A stretch of 64,000 nucleotides of DNA from a virus. The notes under the pieces were generated by a model. That model saw only the letters and a program-made list of their open reading frames with translations, ran no database searches and had not been told where the DNA came from. Made by a program: the position numbers and the translations under genes. This document shows, in pieces, positions 55,723 to 64,000 of the stretch. Position 1 is the stretch's first letter. The number at the start of each line of letters is the position of its first letter. The stretch is from positions 14,574 through 78,573 of the IMG/VR virus record IMGVR_UViG_3300036860_000057; one strand, given 5' to 3'.

Positions 55723-58700
55723 ATGGCAGATATTGGTGTAAGATTAGTTATCCTAGGAATGGCAGAATTCCGTAATGGAATGCGTACTGCTCAGGGTGAT
55801 CTGTCTGGTTTTGAAAAAGCTACCAGAAGTCTCAGTGGTATAGGTCAAACCATAGGAACTACTCTAACTAAAGTAGGAACTCAAGTTTCAAATCTTGGTC
55901 GTGATCTGACTATGTTTGTCACTGGCCCTTTGTTGTTGCTTGGTGGTGGTCTATTAAAGGCTGGTATAGATTTTGAAGACGCTTTTGCTGGAGTAACCAA
56001 AACAGTTGATGATCTTGCTACACCAATGGGAGAATTAACTGATGCTGGTGTTAAGCTAAGAGAAGAGTTTGTAAATCTTTCTACTACTATTCCAGTAACA
56101 GGACAGGATTTAGCCCATCTAGGGCAGATCGCTGGTCAGTTTGGTGAGACTAAAGATACTGTTATTGATATGGTTAAGACTCTTGCTATGTTGAGAGAGG
56201 CTACTGACCTAACAGCAGAAGAACAGCAGCAGGCATTTGCTCAGATCGCTAAAATTGCCCACCTGTCTGCCGATGAATATGATAATATGGCTTCTGCTCT
56301 TGTGTTTTTGGGCAACAACTTCCCCACAACTGAATCTCGTGTAGTAGCCTTTACTGAGCGCATTGTTGGTACTGCAACAGCACTTGGCATTGCAATTGAT
56401 CAGACCCTAGCTTGGGGTGCTGCTGTAACATCATCTGGTATTCAGGCTGAGACAGGTGCTACTGCACTACGTAGAGTTTTGCTGGACATGGCTCTTGCAT
56501 CTAAGACAGCAGGTGGTGGTGTAGTGGATATGTCAGAAGATATATCCAATGCCAGTGAAAAGATTACCAAACTCCAACAAAATATTGCGGTAACTACTCA
56601 GAGAGTATCTGAGTTTACCGATAAGACACACGAATCTACCAAGATGGCTGCTGATTTCAGCCTTCAGAACATGAATAATGACCTCCAAGAACAGCAAGAG
56701 TTATTGGAGGGCCTTAATACCATTAATGGCAAAGTTTTTGAGGGGGGGTCAGAAAACCTTCAGAACTTTGCAGCAGTGGCAAACGAGGCATTTGCTCAAT
56801 CAGGTCAAAGTGCTGCTGCTTTTGCAGCACAGTTTGGCTTATTGCCTAGTGTACTAGCAGATGGCAGAATCTCAGCACAAGAGTTTGGGGATGCATTTAA
56901 GAATGATGCATCAGCCTCTCTTGAATTGTTTATCAAGGGACTATCTAAGATGTCTGCTATCGATCAGATTGCAGCCCTTGATGCACTAGGATTAAGTGGT
57001 CAGCGTGTTGGCGCAACTCTACTGAACTTGGCTCAGAACACTGACCTTCTTGGAGAAGCATTAGATGGTGCTGGGGATGCGTTTGCAGAGGGAACAGCAC
57101 TACAGGAAGAATTTGCTAAAAGAACGGCAACTGTCAAGAGTGACATCCAGATTCTAAAGAATCAATTCACTGCTCTTGGAATCACAATCTTTAATCTTGT
57201 AAGAGATGATCTCAGAAATATTATTGAAGCGGTTGGAAATCTTATTGATAGATTCTCAGAACTTGACCCTGCTGTACAGAAAAATATATTATTGTTTGCT
57301 GGTATAGCAGCAGCAATTGGGCCTATTCTATTTGTTATTGGGCAACTTATTACTTTCATAGGCGCTGTAATTACTAGCCTTGTTGCACTATCTGGTGCTA
57401 TTGTCCCCGTTACTATAGGATTAGCGGCTGCTGCTCTTGCATTTGCTGTTTTTGGTCCTAGTGTAATTGAATCAATACAGCCTGTAATAAACAAGGTTAA
57501 AGAACTAATTGGTATTATTCTAGGTATTCCACAGCCTGGATCAATAGAAGCTCCTACCCTACCTGAAGGTGGTCGATCTGATACTGCTGCACAGCAGGCA
57601 GCAAGAGCGCCTGATCTTCCTGATCCTACTCTTATCGAAAGAATCCAAGCAGCGATGGCTAATCTTCGAGAGAGTCTACATATTCCTCCAGAGACTATTG
57701 AGACTATCAATAAACTTCGTGCCGCTTTTGCTACAGCAGGAAAAGTAATTTCATCAGTAGTTGAGGCGATAAAGAGATCAATTGACTCTACTCTTGGACC
57801 ATCATTCAAAGCATTATTTGATACTCTGACTGAGACGCTTCATTCATTTGGACTGGACTGGTCAGATGTGTGGAATGGAGTTCTTACCATTATTAGTGCT
57901 GTAGCAATAGTTATTGGTGGTGTAATTATAGCTATTATTGCAGCTATAGTGGGTATCGTAAATGCAGTAGCATCAGCGCTTACAGTCTTTATTGCCTTTT
58001 GGCAAGAAGCTAAAGTAGCTATTGAAGACTTCATTGCTGGTATAACTAAAGGACTAGAGGGATTCAAGACCACTATTCAAGGTATTATGCAAGGCGATGT
58101 TCAAATGATCTTGGAAGGGCTAGTAATGTCCTTCCAAGGATTCATGCAATCTGGTCTAGCTGCTGTAAATATCCTTGTAAATGGTGTCATAGGTGCATTT
58201 AGTGTTTTGGCAGCATTCATCTTTGGCCTGTTTGCTGGAATTGCATCCTTTCTAGGAGAGTTCTGGGCACAGCTTACTGGTGACTCTAATAATGCCTTAC
58301 TTCTAATTGCAGCACAGTTTACTGTGCTACGGGACGGTGTAATCCAGCTTGTAGGAGAACTTGTAGCTGCTGTAACAGGATTCTTCCAGATGCTATTTGA
58401 CACTTTAGTAGGGAGCAGTATCATACCCGATCTGGTTAATGCGGTTATAGAGAACTTTGTCAGGATGGGTATAGAAGTATCTAATGAGATTACTAGTTTA
58501 ATTGCCCTTGCAATTCAGAAATTTACTGAATTAAAGAATCAGATAGTAAATATTATTACAGAAGCACAGAAAACTGTAGGACAAAAAATAAAGATGATGG
58601 GAGATGATATTTCTAATGCTATGGGAACTGCTGCTAAAGCTGTGCTTAAACTGTTAAATGCGTTTCAAAGTCTTCTAGGTTGGTTAATGGCAAATGCCGA

Positions 58701-59067
58701 AAAGATTATTACTTTAGCGGGATCAATTGGGGGTTCTGTAACAGACATGTCTGCTGCTGGTAGAGAGTCGCCTAAATTTGGAACAGAACATGCATTTGAT
58801 AGTCTGAAGACTTGGCTTGACACCAACACGAATAAATTGGCATCTGATATTAACTCTATTGGAAATACTTTAACTATGAATTTAGCTTCTGCTAATAATG
58901 ACCAACTTCTTGGGGCCTTGAACAGTGTGGCTGCACCTGCTGGAGATGTATCAAATGTCAACACTGACAACAGCATCACCAACAACATTCAGGGCATACC
59001 CGTTAAAAGTGAAACAGACTTAGCTGCATTAATAGATCAGCGCATTCGAGCAGCGAGAGGAAGATAG
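55723..59067 (+). CDS. Tape measure protein (TP901-like)
   Basis: DFEDAFAGVTKTVD, LGNNFPTTE, long Ala/Ile-rich amphipathic region. Confidence 0.92.
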   Translation: MADIGVRLVILGMAEFRNGMRTAQGDLSGFEKATRSLSGIGQTIGTTLTKVGTQVSNLGRDLTMFVTGPLLLLGGGLLKAGIDFEDAFAGVTKTVDDLATPMGELTDAGVKLREEFVNLSTTIPVTGQDLAHLGQIAGQFGETKDTVIDMVKTLAMLREATDLTAEEQQQAFAQIAKIAHLSADEYDNMASALVFLGNNFPTTESRVVAFTERIVGTATALGIAIDQTLAWGAAVTSSGIQAETGATALRRVLLDMALASKTAGGGVVDMSEDISNASEKITKLQQNIAVTTQRVSEFTDKTHESTKMAADFSLQNMNNDLQEQQELLEGLNTINGKVFEGGSENLQNFAAVANEAFAQSGQSAAAFAAQFGLLPSVLADGRISAQEFGDAFKNDASASLELFIKGLSKMSAIDQIAALDALGLSGQRVGATLLNLAQNTDLLGEALDGAGDAFAEGTALQEEFAKRTATVKSDIQILKNQFTALGITIFNLVRDDLRNIIEAVGNLIDRFSELDPAVQKNILLFAGIAAAIGPILFVIGQLITFIGAVITSLVALSGAIVPVTIGLAAAALAFAVFGPSVIESIQPVINKVKELIGIILGIPQPGSIEAPTLPEGGRSDTAAQQAARAPDLPDPTLIERIQAAMANLRESLHIPPETIETINKLRAAFATAGKVISSVVEAIKRSIDSTLGPSFKALFDTLTETLHSFGLDWSDVWNGVLTIISAVAIVIGGVIIAIIAAIVGIVNAVASALTVFIAFWQEAKVAIEDFIAGITKGLEGFKTTIQGIMQGDVQMILEGLVMSFQGFMQSGLAAVNILVNGVIGAFSVLAAFIFGLFAGIASFLGEFWAQLTGDSNNALLLIAAQFTVLRDGVIQLVGELVAAVTGFFQMLFDTLVGSSIIPDLVNAVIENFVRMGIEVSNEITSLIALAIQKFTELKNQIVNIITEAQKTVGQKIKMMGDDISNAMGTAAKAVLKLLNAFQSLLGWLMANAEKIITLAGSIGGSVTDMSAAGRESPKFGTEHAFDSLKTWLDTNTNKLASDINSIGNTLTMNLASANNDQLLGALNSVAAPAGDVSNVNTDNSITNNIQGIPVKSETDLAALIDQRIRAARGR

Positions 59068-60030
59068 ATGACAGCACGTAACATGCGATCTTCTCTAAAA
59101 GAGAAGGTTGTATACATCTCTCCTGATGGATTGGTATACAATCTACACGATACTGCTCTGGAAACTCTTATTACTATGACTGGCTGGGGCATACCTGCTG
59201 TGGGAAAGGCAACTACTAAAGGCCCATTTCAGCATGGAGTCACTCCTTTAACTCTGCGTGTTCCGCCTCGTAAAATCACAATGACGATTCACAATCGATC
59301 ATGTGACAGAGATTCCTACTGGCAGAGTCGAGAAGACTTAATCAATGTCATTCGCTACAATCGTGGTGGTCTGGACTCTCCAGAAGTAGGGCATCTGAGA
59401 TGGTATCGTTCGGATGGTCAGATCAGACAATTGGATGTCATTCTGGCTGGTGGACCTGAGTTTACACCACTTAGAAATGGCTGGGCTGAATTCTCTTTTC
59501 AGGATGTGTTGGTATGGGAGGCAGATAATCCAATTATCTATAATCCATTGATCAACAACCAAACATTTGTAGGCTTTGAGTGTACACCAATCATAGGACT
59601 TCAATTTGGCTTTGTTTTTGGTAGAACGAATATTGTATTCAATGGATCATACTGTAGCAGTCTGACAGATATATCCGTCCCTTATCCTGGTAACTGGATG
59701 GAATTTCCTAGAATTATTGTTACTGGGCCAGGAACTAATTTTTCTATAACACACAACGAATTAGGATGGACTCTTGAACTAGAAAATTACACAATAGCTG
59801 CTGGAGAAACTATTACGTTTGATCTAACCTATGGTAAAAAGACTATCACCAACAATCTTGGTGACTCTTTGCTAGGGTATCTTAGTTCAAATAGCGAGAT
59901 AGGGTTGTTTTCGATCCAGCCTGATCCAATTGTAGCAAATGGAATCAACACTTTTAGTGTTTTCATCGAAGATGGTACAACTGACACAAACGTGTTGTTC
60001 AATTATAATGATCGTTATATAGCGATTTAA
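59068..60030 (+). CDS. Distal tail protein (Dit)
   Basis: Follows tape measure; P.QHG...PRKI, ADNPIIY, PRIIVTGP. Confidence 0.75.
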   Translation: MTARNMRSSLKEKVVYISPDGLVYNLHDTALETLITMTGWGIPAVGKATTKGPFQHGVTPLTLRVPPRKITMTIHNRSCDRDSYWQSREDLINVIRYNRGGLDSPEVGHLRWYRSDGQIRQLDVILAGGPEFTPLRNGWAEFSFQDVLVWEADNPIIYNPLINNQTFVGFECTPIIGLQFGFVFGRTNIVFNGSYCSSLTDISVPYPGNWMEFPRIIVTGPGTNFSITHNELGWTLELENYTIAAGETITFDLTYGKKTITNNLGDSLLGYLSSNSEIGLFSIQPDPIVANGINTFSVFIEDGTTDTNVLFNYNDRYIAI

Positions 60031-60039
60031 GGAACTTTA

Positions 60040-61575
60040 ATGGCAGAAGATTCAGCATTTTGGCAAGGAACTACAGTAGGAGATGCAGCATCAACTGATG
60101 TATGGAGTGCTCCATATAACGACGCTGAATTCTCAGACATCTATAGCAAGATTCTTGGCAGTAATGTAGCCAAGGGATATGTCATACCTACTTATGGAAA
60201 TGATTTGAAAGTATCAGCAAATTCTCCTGTTGCATTAAATGTTCTAATAGCAACTGGAGCCTTATTTATTCGTGGACGAATCTATGAAACGACTGCACAG
60301 ATCACTGCCACAATAGAAGCTGCTGATGTAACTAACCCTAGACTGGATCGTGTTATTGCTAGAGTCAGTTTATCCTCATCAGTACAAACTATTCGAATTG
60401 TTGTACTGAAAGGCACGGCAGCAGCCACGCCTGCTCTACCTGCACTTACTCAGAATGCCACAACTTACGAAATATCATTAGGATATGTGTGGGTAGCTGC
60501 CAATGCCACAACTATTTCTGATGCAGATGTTCATGACGAGCGTGAATTTGCAGTTAACTTTAGAGAGGCTGCTTATAAAACTGCAATTAACCTGGTACGA
60601 AATTCAGAGTTTCTAGGAGATATTCAATCTCGTATCTATGCTCCTGCTGACTGGGATTTAGTATTAAGTCCTAGTGCCATCTTAACTGCAACCAAGCCTG
60701 CTCAGATGGTGCGGGGAAACTATATATCTATTACATCAGATGCAGCTTCAGAAGGGATTTCTCAAACTATTCCAGTTACTCCTTCTACACCTTATGCTAT
60801 AAAAGCCCTGATAAATGTTACTGCTGGGGATGTAGGTCAGATTGTGGTAACTACTAACTCTGCTTCTCCTAGTACCATTACCAGAACAATTAGACGAACT
60901 GGAACTGATCTGGAAGAAAGAATCTTCTATCCAACTGAATCTGATGCTACTACCATGACTATAAAGTTATTGGCAGTCAATAGCACAGATGTAATTAAGT
61001 TTGGTCAGGTACTCTGTCTTCCTGGCTATAATGCTGGCCCTTATCGAATGTGCAGTTATAATGAAGATATGATCCTATTGGATCGTCTTATTCTAACTGC
61101 AACCCAAGCTAATCTTGATTTCCAGAATATTCCATCCGGCTATCGTGCTATCAAGATTGTAGCATCACTTCGTACTGGCACAGCAGCAACTTCAGAAAAT
61201 ATCACGCTAAGAATTAACAATGATTCTGGTGCTAATTATGATGCTGTACTAGCAATAAATTCACACTCAGCAACATTAACTACTGTGGAAAATGTTGCCC
61301 AAACATCTGCTGTGCTTGCACAAATTCCCGCTAATACCGCACCCGCCAATACGTTTGGAAACTTGGAATTAAAGGTATTAGATTATGACAATACATCGCG
61401 GAACAAGGCAGGCAGTAGCCAATCCAGCGCAAAACTTAATACCACTACTGGAAACATAAAGACTTCACAATCGAGCTTCTTTTGGAGAAGTAACTCAGTA
61501 GTTACCAGAATCACTTTGATTTCTTCTTCTTCCTTTTCTATCGGGTCAATGATCGAAATCTATTTATTGAGATAA
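60040..61575 (+). CDS. Minor tail/baseplate protein, paralogue 1
   Basis: AADVTNPRLDRV...GTAAATP..P.LTQ shared with the next gene; CBM-like middle. Confidence 0.7.
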   Translation: MAEDSAFWQGTTVGDAASTDVWSAPYNDAEFSDIYSKILGSNVAKGYVIPTYGNDLKVSANSPVALNVLIATGALFIRGRIYETTAQITATIEAADVTNPRLDRVIARVSLSSSVQTIRIVVLKGTAAATPALPALTQNATTYEISLGYVWVAANATTISDADVHDEREFAVNFREAAYKTAINLVRNSEFLGDIQSRIYAPADWDLVLSPSAILTATKPAQMVRGNYISITSDAASEGISQTIPVTPSTPYAIKALINVTAGDVGQIVVTTNSASPSTITRTIRRTGTDLEERIFYPTESDATTMTIKLLAVNSTDVIKFGQVLCLPGYNAGPYRMCSYNEDMILLDRLILTATQANLDFQNIPSGYRAIKIVASLRTGTAATSENITLRINNDSGANYDAVLAINSHSATLTTVENVAQTSAVLAQIPANTAPANTFGNLELKVLDYDNTSRNKAGSSQSSAKLNTTTGNIKTSQSSFFWRSNSVVTRITLISSSSFSIGSMIEIYLLR

Positions 61576-61576
61576 T

Positions 61577-63100
61577 ATGACAGAATTAAGTTCCTTTTGG
61601 TTTGGTACAGGAGTAGGAGATGCTCCTGCTGATGATAATTCAAGTCAAGAATATAGTGACATCTTTAGTAAGTTTCTGGGAAGTCACTATGCGGCTGGAT
61701 ATGTATTTCCTGGATATGGAACTAATCTAAGAGTCCAGGCCAATAGTCCTGCTGCTATGAATGTTATCTTGAAATCTGGTGCTGCCTTAGTTCAAGGCAG
61801 AATTTATGAAAATACTGCTGATAACACACTGACCATAGCAGCCGCAGATGTTACAAATCCTAGATTAGATCGTGTAGTAATTCAGATTACGTTTAGTGAC
61901 ACAACTGGTCAAACCATTCGTGCTGTAGTTCTAACAGGCACGCCTGCCGCTACACCTTCACTACCTGCACTGACCCAAAACGCCACTACCTATGAAGTAC
62001 CATTATTTTATATATGGGTTGCTGCTAGTGCTACTACAATTGGTGATGAAAGCATTCACGATGAGCGAACCTTTGCTCATAATTTTGAGGATCAATTCTT
62101 CTCTGAATCTATCTTACGTCATGCAGAGTTCTTAGCCCCTATTTCCACTTCCAGAATTTATCCCCCTGCTGCATGGACAACCGTAGGAACTATCACAGGA
62201 ATTGTGACAGACACCAAACCAAGCCAGCAGCCAAGAGGAAATTCTATTAAAATTACTGCTGGTGCAGCTAGCTCCGGTATTCAGCAAATCAATCCTGTGC
62301 TGCCTTCAAGTAGATATACTTTTCGTGTGCTCACTAAAGTAACAGCAGGCGATGTAGGTAAGATTGTTATCACTACCAATGCTGCTTCTCCGGGAACTAT
62401 TACCAGAGAAGTAAGAAGAACTGGCGTGTGGCTAGAAGAAATAATTAGCTACAACACTGAAGCAGATGCTACTACTATGACAGTTCAGCTTGAGGCCGCT
62501 AATAATACTGACATTGTATGGTATGGACAGTCTCTACTAGTGAATGGATATATTACTGGTCCATATAAGCCAATTAATTATGGGCAAGAGGTATTAATAG
62601 ATAACTTTACTATCACATCTAATAGTACTCTTACTCTAGGTATTCCACAAGACCTTCCCTATAAGAATATCAGAATACTTATTTCCAGTAGATCAAGCAA
62701 TAACCCTGGTGTAAATGTATCTATCTCAATCAGTCTTACATTCAATGGTGACTCTGGATCAAACTATGATTCTATTTTTCTAGAACAATCACATAGTGGA
62801 TCAAAAGCCACTGGTGAGGGCCTTGCTAGTACATCTATTATTGCTGCTCGTGATCCCAGTGATTTTGCTCCCGCGAATGTCTTTGGCTCAACTGAATTTA
62901 TTATATCAGACTATAAAGGAAGCAATCACAAAGCTGTTTTAGGAGAATCTGCTGCCAAGCTAGCAGCCAGCACAGGAAACCTATTAATATTAAGAGGCTC
63001 TGGTTGGTGGAGAAATACAGCAGCCATTACTACTATAGATATAGCAAACAATACCAATTTTCTATCTGGAAGTTCCGTCTCTGTGTATCTTTTTAATTAA
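61577..63100 (+). CDS. Minor tail/baseplate protein, paralogue 2
   Basis: Full-length similarity to 60040..61575. Confidence 0.7.
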   Translation: MTELSSFWFGTGVGDAPADDNSSQEYSDIFSKFLGSHYAAGYVFPGYGTNLRVQANSPAAMNVILKSGAALVQGRIYENTADNTLTIAAADVTNPRLDRVVIQITFSDTTGQTIRAVVLTGTPAATPSLPALTQNATTYEVPLFYIWVAASATTIGDESIHDERTFAHNFEDQFFSESILRHAEFLAPISTSRIYPPAAWTTVGTITGIVTDTKPSQQPRGNSIKITAGAASSGIQQINPVLPSSRYTFRVLTKVTAGDVGKIVITTNAASPGTITREVRRTGVWLEEIISYNTEADATTMTVQLEAANNTDIVWYGQSLLVNGYITGPYKPINYGQEVLIDNFTITSNSTLTLGIPQDLPYKNIRILISSRSSNNPGVNVSISISLTFNGDSGSNYDSIFLEQSHSGSKATGEGLASTSIIAARDPSDFAPANVFGSTEFIISDYKGSNHKAVLGESAAKLAASTGNLLILRGSGWWRNTAAITTIDIANNTNFLSGSSVSVYLFN

Positions 63101-63378
63101 GGACAATACCAGACATTAATGTATCTTCCACCAGAGGACAATTTATCATTTCTGATACCATGAACTCCTCTATTAATAGAACAATAAGGGGCAATAGTAT
63201 CATATGAAGGAATATGTACTCTGATTCTGGAGTCCGAGAGCCAAAAAGAAACCAAGGGGGTAGGTGCTGAATCATAAACAACTACAGAACCCCTAGCAAG
63301 AAAGATTCCTATTGAAGATGAAAACATAAATGTTACCAGCAGAACCAATGAAATGATAAACAATTTAATCTTTAACAT
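63097..63378 (-). CDS. Small membrane/secreted protein (moron-like)
   Basis: AAGGAG RBS, own TTGACA-N16-TATAAT promoter near 63399-63426, N-terminal TM. Confidence 0.6.
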   Translation of the reverse strand: MLKIKLFIISLVLLVTFMFSSSIGIFLARGSVVVYDSAPTPLVSFWLSDSRIRVHIPSYDTIAPYCSINRGVHGIRNDKLSSGGRYINVWYCP

Positions 63379-63426
63379 GATCTATCTCCTTATCTATAAT
63401 TATAAACTTATCTACAGGATTGTCAA

Positions 63427-64000
63427 GTGGTAGTTTTTGGTCCGTATTATGATATTCACATATTTGATACAACAGGAACTCGTCAACTTGTATTAGATGG
63501 GTGGGAATATCTTGAATATAATCAGCGTGTAAGCTCACCTTGGAGCCACATTATACGAATCACCGTCTCCATTGAAGATGATCGAGTAGACTTCTTCAGA
63601 GAGACGATGACTCGTGATTGGATTATAGAAATATATAGAACTAATATCTTCGATAATACCAGAGATTTAGTGTACGAAGGATTCAATCGAACCATTGTAG
63701 ATCAAATCAAGCAGGATGGTTCCATAGTCTTTACATTATATGGCACTGGTTATCTGGATTTAATTAAAAGAAGAATAGTTGTTCCTGCTGCTGGACAAGA
63801 AACCAGTGAGAAGACTGGTATAGCTGGGACAGTAATGCAAGCATTTGTAGATGAACAGTGTATCAATCCTACAGATACAACCCGATCATTCTCAGGGCTT
63901 TCTGCTGGGACTGGAACAGGCATAGGCTCTACAGCGACTTATGCTGCAAGATATACTAATCTGTTTACCGTTATCTCTCGATTGTCTGAACAGGGCGATG
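63427..64000 (+). CDS. Minor tail protein (ReqiPepy6 Gp37-like), truncated by window end
   Basis: Hand translation is open to the end: VVVFGPYYDIHIFDTTGTRQLVLDGWEYLEY...LIKRRIV. Confidence 0.65.
   Translation, partial: MVVFGPYYDIHIFDTTGTRQLVLDGWEYLEYNQRVSSPWSHIIRITVSIEDDRVDFFRETMTRDWIIEIYRTNIFDNTRDLVYEGFNRTIVDQIKQDGSIVFTLYGTGYLDLIKRRIVVPAAGQETSEKTGIAGTVMQAFVDEQCINPTDTTRSFSGLSAGTGTGIGSTATYAARYTNLFTVISRLSEQGD

Noticed and set aside
57162-58988. Long antisense ORFs within the tape measure gene (and similar ones in capsid, protease and dnaN)
   Set aside because: Shadow frames of biased coding sequence with no RBS or recognisable motifs
60040-63100. Diversity-generating retroelement TR/VR pair
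   Set aside because: Similarity is whole-gene paralogy, differences are not adenine-specific, and no reverse transcriptase is in the window
1-64000. Stop-codon reassignment or suppressor tRNA
   Set aside because: Long genes are intact in the standard code and the anticodons are TCC, CCA and TGT

Overview
A 64-kb internal segment of a large, AT-rich tailed phage with a siphovirus-type morphogenesis module. It uses the standard genetic code and sigma70-type promoters. The host is unknown; Pro/Thr-rich lipoproteins and SH3b/M23 lysins would fit a monoderm host such as Chloroflexota (inference). Layout: leftward lipoprotein/hydrolase genes (1-2.7 kb); rightward small ORFs plus an LmbU-like/DNA methyltransferase and a nuclease-like ORF (3-7.7 kb); a leftward early-type array of small genes with DUF932-like, HNH and dnaN (7.8-17.6 kb); rightward small ORFs and a phosphoesterase (17.9-24 kb); terminase, portal, protease and capsid (24-34.2 kb); a tRNA/ncRNA cluster (34.5-35.8 kb); a repeat protein and a sugar-synthesis/glycosyltransferase cluster (35.8-49.6 kb); connector and tail genes (50.4-64 kb). 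The strongest unexplained signal is RNA in the leftward array, where most longer gene junctions carry a structured RNA. These include two type II hammerhead ribozymes wedged between a stop codon and the next RBS, a 67-nt RNA resembling the tRNA-like domain of tmRNA with no mRNA domain, a 46-nt minimal tRNA mimic, and several RNase III-like stems. Together they suggest a multi-mechanism mRNA punctuation system. Also notable: a portal fused to a 2H phosphoesterase, a putative virion glycosylation locus, and a kissing-loop leader RNA. All structures were folded by eye and all protein calls rest on visible motifs and synteny; no searches were run.
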